Source of the DNA: an uncultured Mollicutes bacterium
GTDB lineage: Bacteria > Bacillota_I > Bacilli_A > RFN20 > CAG-826
Reading direction: 5' to 3'
Length of the DNA: 64,000 nt
NCBI GenBank assembly: GCA_900540395.1
Contig: UQFQ01000004.1
Location: 23,765 to 87,764, forward strand
A model generated the notes under the pieces. It was not told the DNA's origin. It did not search any database and was given only the letters and a program-made list of their open reading frames with translations. The position numbers were made by a program, and so were the translations under genes. Shown one piece after another: positions 58,980-64,000 of the stretch; positions within the stretch are counted from its first letter, which is position 1; every line of letters starts with the position of its first letter.

Positions 58980-60008
58980 ATGCAAAATCCCAATATTTTA
59001 AATATTTACTTCTATGATAACATCAAAAATGATCTCTATAATTTTGAGTCAAGCAGCTTGAGAAAAAATCTTAAAGCATCGCTTGAACTCAACGATTATA
59101 GATATTTAACAAACGCAATTGATGAAAGAATCGAAGCTGTTTGTTACATAAATTTTAATGACGTAAACAAGTTTAATTATTTTAGAGGGAAAGACTTCAA
59201 AAAAATTACCTTTGCTTTTTACTCAGAGTTTGAACAAGATTTTAAAGTTTTAGCTTTTAATAAAGACAAAAATAAAAAGTATCAAATAAAAGAAAGTTAC
59301 TTAAAAAACTTTTCTGAATACGATTTAATTTTTGTACCATCAGAAGAAGCTAAAACTTTACTAAAAGAAAGCAAAGTGGAAAGCAATATCGAAGTCTTGT
59401 TACCACCTATAAAAAGAACTAAGTTTGAACTTAAAGACAGTGAATTATCAAAACTTATTTATATTTATTTTCATATAGAAGAAAATAGTAAATACGTATA
59501 TACATTTTTAGATTCAAAAGATGAACAAGCAGCCAAAAGAATTATTGAATTAGCTCGAATTTTTTCAAATATAAAATTTATTGTTATTATACCTGATTAT
59601 CACACCAAAGAAGCAAAGGCAGTAAGTAAATATTTTAAAAGATGTGGTCAAAACTTGTTTGTAAGCAGTATTTTAAGTGAAGACATTTATGATTCGTTAG
59701 TTTATAACGCGAGTGCGTTTATTTTACTTAATTCTTTATATACCGCGAGCGTGGAACTTTTAGAAGCCTACACTTGTGGTGTACCAGTGCTTTCTTTATC
59801 ATCTAGTGCGTTTAAAGATATATTAATTGATAAAGAAAATTCATGTGTTTATAATGATTTCGACGCTTTTATCAATGGTTTTAATGACTTTTTAGCCGGA
59901 AAATTACCTGACTTAAAAGACAATCAAAAAACCTTTATGAAGACGAATGATATCAAAAGAATCGGTAAGAAATTTATCGATTATTATCGAGAATATTTTG
60001 GAGAGTGA
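58980..60008 (+). CDS. GT-B-fold glycosyltransferase (GT4-like), candidate glycolipid synthase
   Basis: C-terminal EX7E-like motif ELLEAYTCGVPVLSLSSSAFKDIL. No signal peptide. Translationally coupled to serS (4-nt overlap). Confidence 0.5.
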   Translation: MQNPNILNIYFYDNIKNDLYNFESSSLRKNLKASLELNDYRYLTNAIDERIEAVCYINFNDVNKFNYFRGKDFKKITFAFYSEFEQDFKVLAFNKDKNKKYQIKESYLKNFSEYDLIFVPSEEAKTLLKESKVESNIEVLLPPIKRTKFELKDSELSKLIYIYFHIEENSKYVYTFLDSKDEQAAKRIIELARIFSNIKFIVIIPDYHTKEAKAVSKYFKRCGQNLFVSSILSEDIYDSLVYNASAFILLNSLYTASVELLEAYTCGVPVLSLSSSAFKDILIDKENSCVYNDFDAFINGFNDFLAGKLPDLKDNQKTFMKTNDIKRIGKKFIDYYREYFGE

Positions 60009-61291
60009 CTATGTTAGACGTTAATTATATTATTGAAAATAAAGAACATGTTAAAGAACTTTTAAAAAGAAAGTTATATGAAGCTGATATCGATGGTCTT
60101 GTTAAAAATGTAGAAGAAAAAAGAAGACTACAAAAAGCAACAGAAGACAATAAAGCTGAACAAAACAAATTATCAAAATCAGTTCCACAAGTTAAAAAAG
60201 AAGGCGGCGATGTAAATGCTATTTTTGCTAAAGTTAAAGCATTAGCTGCCGAAAACAAAGAAAATGAAGAAAAGCTGAAGGTTTTAGAAAGTAAAATTAA
60301 TGAAGTTTTATATGCTCTTCCTAATTTACCTGATGAAGATTTGCTAGAGGGTGGAAAAGAAAATAACAAACCAATTTATTACTATAAGGATAAACCAGAA
60401 TTTAACTTTAAAATTAAAAATCATGTCGAACTTGCCGAATCTTTAGGTTTAATTGATTACGATAGAGCCGCAAAAGTCAGCGGGCACGGAACATGGTTTT
60501 ATACAAATTTAGGTGCTAGATTAGAATGGGCTTTATTAAATTTCTTTATTAATGAGCACATTAATGATGGCTTCGAATTTATGCTCCCACCTCATATTTT
60601 AAATTACGAGAGTGGATTTACTGCTGGACAATTCCCAAAATTTGAAGGTGATGTTTTTGAACTTAAAGGAATGGACCCTGCAAAATTCTTACTTCCAACC
60701 GCTGAAACAGCTTTAGTTAACTATTATCGTAATGAAATTTTAGATGGGAAAGAACTTCCAAAGAAATTCTTTGCTTACTCACCTTGCTATAGAAAAGAAG
60801 CTGGATCTTATCGTACTGAAGAAAGAGGTATGATTAGAGGATATCAATTTAACAAAGTTGAAATGTTTGAATACACTAAAGAAGATGAAAGTGATGCAGC
60901 TTTTGAAGAGTTACTTAAGAAAGCAAAATCTTTAGTAGAAAAACTCGGTTTGCATTATAGAGTTTCAAAATTAGCTGCCGCGGATTGCTCCCATTCAATG
61001 GCAAGAACATACGATATTGAAGTCTTTTTACCATCAATTGGTATTTATAAAGAAGTATCTTCTGTATCAAACGCTAGAAGTTATCAAGCAAGGAGAGGAA
61101 TGATGAGATATAGAGGAGAAGATGGAAAACTTCACTATATGCACACATTAAACGGAAGTGGTCTTGCAACTTCTCGTGTATTCCCTGCAATTCTTGAACA
61201 ATATCAACAAGAAGATGGTTCAGTTATTATTCCAGAGGTTCTTAGATCATATATGGGTGGAATTTCTGTAATTAAACCTATCAAAAAATAA
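60005..61291 (+). CDS. serS: Serine--tRNA ligase
   Basis: Coiled-coil N-terminal arm and class II catalytic motifs. Confidence 0.95.
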   Translation: MTMLDVNYIIENKEHVKELLKRKLYEADIDGLVKNVEEKRRLQKATEDNKAEQNKLSKSVPQVKKEGGDVNAIFAKVKALAAENKENEEKLKVLESKINEVLYALPNLPDEDLLEGGKENNKPIYYYKDKPEFNFKIKNHVELAESLGLIDYDRAAKVSGHGTWFYTNLGARLEWALLNFFINEHINDGFEFMLPPHILNYESGFTAGQFPKFEGDVFELKGMDPAKFLLPTAETALVNYYRNEILDGKELPKKFFAYSPCYRKEAGSYRTEERGMIRGYQFNKVEMFEYTKEDESDAAFEELLKKAKSLVEKLGLHYRVSKLAAADCSHSMARTYDIEVFLPSIGIYKEVSSVSNARSYQARRGMMRYRGEDGKLHYMHTLNGSGLATSRVFPAILEQYQQEDGSVIIPEVLRSYMGGISVIKPIKK

Positions 61292-61312
61292 AAAATTCAA
61301 TTATAATTATTA

Positions 61313-61396
61313 AGCCGTTACGAGCAATCTTTTCGAACCAGGTCAGGATAGAAATATAGCAGCCTTAAGATTATGATTGTCTGTGTAACGGTTTTA
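61313..61396 (+). ncRNA. ffs: Candidate small (4.5S-type) SRP RNA
   Basis: The segment CCAGGTCAGGATAGAAATATAGCAGCC resembles the SRP RNA domain IV core of E. coli 4.5S RNA (CCAGGUCAGGUCCGGAAGGAAGCAGCC). It is closed by a terminal helix GCCGTTAC/GTAACGGT, preceded by TATAAT at 61302 and followed by a T-run. Confidence 0.55.
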
Positions 61397-61430
61397 TTTT
61401 GCTCAAAAATGCGATACTATTACTTTAATT

Positions 61431-61892
61431 ATGAAAACGTTTAGTGATGAGTATTATCTAGAAATAGCTTGCAAAGAAGCTTTAAAAGCTTATAAACATA
61501 ATGAAATTCCTGTAGGAGCGGTTTTAGTGGATAATACCACTCATAAAATAATAACTAAAAGTTATAACAAAAAAGAAAAAAATAACGATGTTACCAGCCA
61601 TGCTGAAATTAACGTTATTAGGAAGGCTTCAAAGAAAATTAATAATTGGCGATTAGAAGGACACACGCTTTATGTCACATTAGAACCTTGTTCTATGTGC
61701 ATGAGTGCTATTTTGCAAGCTAGAATCTCTCGTGTTGTCTATATATTAAATGAAGACTTTATGGGCGCGTGTGGAAGCAAAATTGACTTAACAAAAATAT
61801 ACGATTCAAAAACAACAGTTTTTAAGAGTGACGATATTTTCACATATAAAAAACTATTAGAAAAATTCTTTTTAACTAAGAGAGAAAAGTAG
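61431..61892 (+). CDS. tadA: tRNA-specific adenosine-34 deaminase
   Basis: HAE...PCxxC zinc motifs (SHAEINVI, LEPCSMC). Confidence 0.9.
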   Translation: MKTFSDEYYLEIACKEALKAYKHNEIPVGAVLVDNTTHKIITKSYNKKEKNNDVTSHAEINVIRKASKKINNWRLEGHTLYVTLEPCSMCMSAILQARISRVVYILNEDFMGACGSKIDLTKIYDSKTTVFKSDDIFTYKKLLEKFFLTKREK

Positions 61893-62256
61893 AAGCAGAT
61901 TTCTTGACGTGTTACGCGAGAGCAGCGCATTGAAAATATACGATATTTATCAAAAAAACTGCAAAAACCTATTTAAATTTTTAAATTAAAATAAATAAAC
62001 CTGAATGAAAATAAATCAGTTCTCTCTCTTTTTTTATCAAACAAAATTTTAAGAAAAACAGTATTAATTTACGTAGGGGCAAACTTAAGTATTGTTTCTT
62101 TACTTTTCATAGATAGTGGAGGATCCTTGGGAAGTAGGTCTATATTTATTTTATTGCTAAATTTTCCTACTTATTGTCGTTTTTACAATGTTAAAAAATC
62201 TTTAAAATTGTAATGTATTATAATAAAATTTTGTTGTTAATTATGGGGATTGGTTG

Positions 62257-64000
62257 ATGCTCGAATTAAAAGATATTATTAAAGATTATTATGTGGATAA
62301 GGAACCTTTCAGAGCACTGAAGGGCATCAATTTATACTTCCCAAAACAGCAATTCTGTTCTATTTTAGGTCCATCTGGCTGCGGTAAAACTACAACTTTA
62401 AATATAATTGGTGGGCTTGACCATTATACTAGCGGCGACCTTGTTATTGAGGGTCAATCAACAAAAGAATATGGCGATAAAGAATGGGATAACTATCGTA
62501 ACAAGCGAATAGGGTTTGTTTTCCAATCTTATAATTTAATTCCACAACTTACTATAGTTGAAAACGTCGCGATGTCTTTAACGCTTAATGGAGTTTCAAA
62601 AAAAGAAAAGATAGAGAAAGCTAAAAAAGCATTAACTATTGTTGGATTAAACAAAGCTTTTAATAAAAAACCAAACCAATTAAGTGGCGGACAAATGCAA
62701 AGAGTTGCAATTGCTCGTGCTATCATTAATGATCCTGAAATAATTTTAGCGGATGAACCAACAGGCGCTCTTGATTCGACAACATCGGTTCAGGTTATGG
62801 ATATTTTAAAAGAGATATCTAAAGATAGACTTGTCATCATGGTTACCCACAACCAAGAGCTAGCGTATAAATATTCAGATAGAATCATTAGATTCAAAGA
62901 TGGCGAAGTAGAATCAGATACGTGGAGTACTGAAAAAATTAAAGCTAATAAAGAATCTGAAGATAAGATTTTTCAAGCAAAAAGAGAAGAAGAAGTCAAA
63001 AAGCTTGAAATAATAGATGAAACTAAAAAAGAGAAAAAAGCGAAAAAACGCAAAGAAAAGCTTAGTTCTATGAGCTTTTTTACCGCATTAAACCTTTCTT
63101 TTAAAAATCTTTTAACCAAAAAAGGAAGAACTATTATGACAAGTATTGCTGGCTCATTTGGCATAATTGGTGTAGCACTTGTCCTTGCAGTTAATAACGG
63201 TTTTTCTTTATGGATTGATAATATGGAAGAAGAAACCGCTTCTCAAATGCCTCTTACTGTTTCTTCTTATAGTGTTTCTTATGAAGCAAATGAGGACTAT
63301 GATAAAAATCCTGAGTACTCTGACGAAGAACTTGTTTATCCTTATATAAGTAATATTGGTAAACAAACGATTTCTTATAACAACATAACTCAAAAATATA
63401 TTAATTATATTGACTACCTTAAAGAAACGACTGACCTTATTAATGATTATGTTGTTAATTATGGTGAACAATATGCTTTTAATTTAACAACAACCGATCC
63501 AGTAACTGATGAAGCGTATCTTGTTCAAAACGGAACATTTACTTCTGTATCAAATGTTCTTTATTCGATTACCGGTTTACCAACAAACTATTTTCATGTG
63601 TTATTTGGTCAAGAAGAATATATAACTGAATCTTATGATGTAATCGCAGGGGATTATCCTGACGAAAACGATATGACGCAAATGGCATTAATTGTTGATT
63701 CAAGAAACCAAATTCCATTAGAAGCTTTAAAAGAACTTGGTTTTTATCAAAACATAGACGATGTTGATGATAAATATGCTGAAGAAAACCCGATAACTTT
63801 TGATGAAATACTTAATAAAAAGTATAAGGTTTTTACTAATTCTGATTTTTATAATGAAAATTCGACCACAAACAATAATGGCGATACGATTTATTATTAT
63901 ACAAACGATGATTTACAAAGCACATATGAAGACTCTTCTAAAGGAATAGAAGTAACAATTTCAGGAATTTTACGTCCAAAAAAAGAAAGCACTATGACCT
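62257..64000 (+). CDS. ABC transporter ATP-binding domain fused to an FtsX/MacB-type permease, 3' partial. The ORF is open to the window end and so is absent from the ORF track.
   Basis: Manual translation gives [46 protein letters not shown], then a Lys/Glu-rich linker and the first permease TM. Preceded by TATTATAAT and a GGGGA RBS. Confidence 0.8.
   Translation, partial: MLELKDIIKDYYVDKEPFRALKGINLYFPKQQFCSILGPSGCGKTTTLNIIGGLDHYTSGDLVIEGQSTKEYGDKEWDNYRNKRIGFVFQSYNLIPQLTIVENVAMSLTLNGVSKKEKIEKAKKALTIVGLNKAFNKKPNQLSGGQMQRVAIARAIINDPEIILADEPTGALDSTTSVQVMDILKEISKDRLVIMVTHNQELAYKYSDRIIRFKDGEVESDTWSTEKIKANKESEDKIFQAKREEEVKKLEIIDETKKEKKAKKRKEKLSSMSFFTALNLSFKNLLTKKGRTIMTSIAGSFGIIGVALVLAVNNGFSLWIDNMEEETASQMPLTVSSYSVSYEANEDYDKNPEYSDEELVYPYISNIGKQTISYNNITQKYINYIDYLKETTDLINDYVVNYGEQYAFNLTTTDPVTDEAYLVQNGTFTSVSNVLYSITGLPTNYFHVLFGQEEYITESYDVIAGDYPDENDMTQMALIVDSRNQIPLEALKELGFYQNIDDVDDKYAEENPITFDEILNKKYKVFTNSDFYNENSTTNNNGDTIYYYTNDDLQSTYEDSSKGIEVTISGILRPKKESTMT

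Noticed and set aside
61893-62256. 364-bp spacer after tadA containing GTAGGGGCAAACTTAAG...GTGGAGGATCCTTGGGAAGTAGG, inspected for a riboswitch or sRNA.
   Set aside because: I could not match it to any known riboswitch core (T-box, SAM, FMN, TPP, purine, glmS, c-di-AMP ydaO). Only a plausible TATTATAAT promoter for the downstream ABC gene is evident. Left uncalled.
1-64000. Search for CRISPR arrays, IS elements or transposases, integrases, tRNA and rRNA genes, restriction-modification or other defence genes.
   Set aside because: No direct-repeat/spacer array, no transposase or integrase-like ORF, and no tRNA-like T-arm apart from the tmRNA. All sizeable ORFs are accounted for by housekeeping functions or the hypotheticals listed.

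Overview
AT-rich (~30% GC) bacterial chromosome segment in the standard genetic code. The window spans the replication origin. A DnaA-box cluster at ~50.03-50.18 kb lies between rpmH-rnpA-yidC-jag-mnmE (minus strand, left) and dnaA-dnaN-yaaA-recF-gyrB-gyrA-serS-tadA (plus strand, right), and gene orientation switches there. The left 50 kb shows reduced-Firmicute synteny with the B. subtilis oriC-proximal map: recR-tmk-holB-yaaT-rsmI, pyrG, ssrA, rlmH-walJ-like-dnaB-rplI-gdpP, rpsF-ssb-rpsR, lysS-dusB-ftsH-tilS-yabO-mfd-pth, ppdK, ispE-ksgA-rnmV-tatD. Sporulation, cell-wall, folate and hprT genes are missing, which fits an Acholeplasma-like or Erysipelotrichia-like wall-less or reduced genome. 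I could place the organism no more precisely. Non-coding calls: tmRNA (13504-13861, minus), a candidate small SRP RNA (61313-61396, plus), rpmH, several intrinsic terminators, and sigma-A-like promoters for pyrG (TSS at GGGC), ssrA, a TetR/ABC-exporter operon (operator palindrome) and ppdK (extended -10 plus an 18-bp perfect palindrome). Most unusual: (i) a tightly packed minus-strand cluster at 3.8-9.3 kb with an internally duplicated DUF1538-like membrane protein, two P-II-like proteins and one 1050-aa ORF fusing a GPH-family sugar symporter to a GH2 glycosidase; (ii) an 18-nt intergenic motif GCAAAACTCAAYTATTTT with four exact and one or two degenerate copies; (iii) a possible islet beside ssrA encoding a Thr/Ser/Asn/Tyr-rich surface protein and a small acidic protein; (iv) an 83-aa tandem-repeat protein; (v) a GT-B glycosyltransferase wedged between gyrA and serS. 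I found no CRISPR array, IS element, prophage, tRNA or rRNA.
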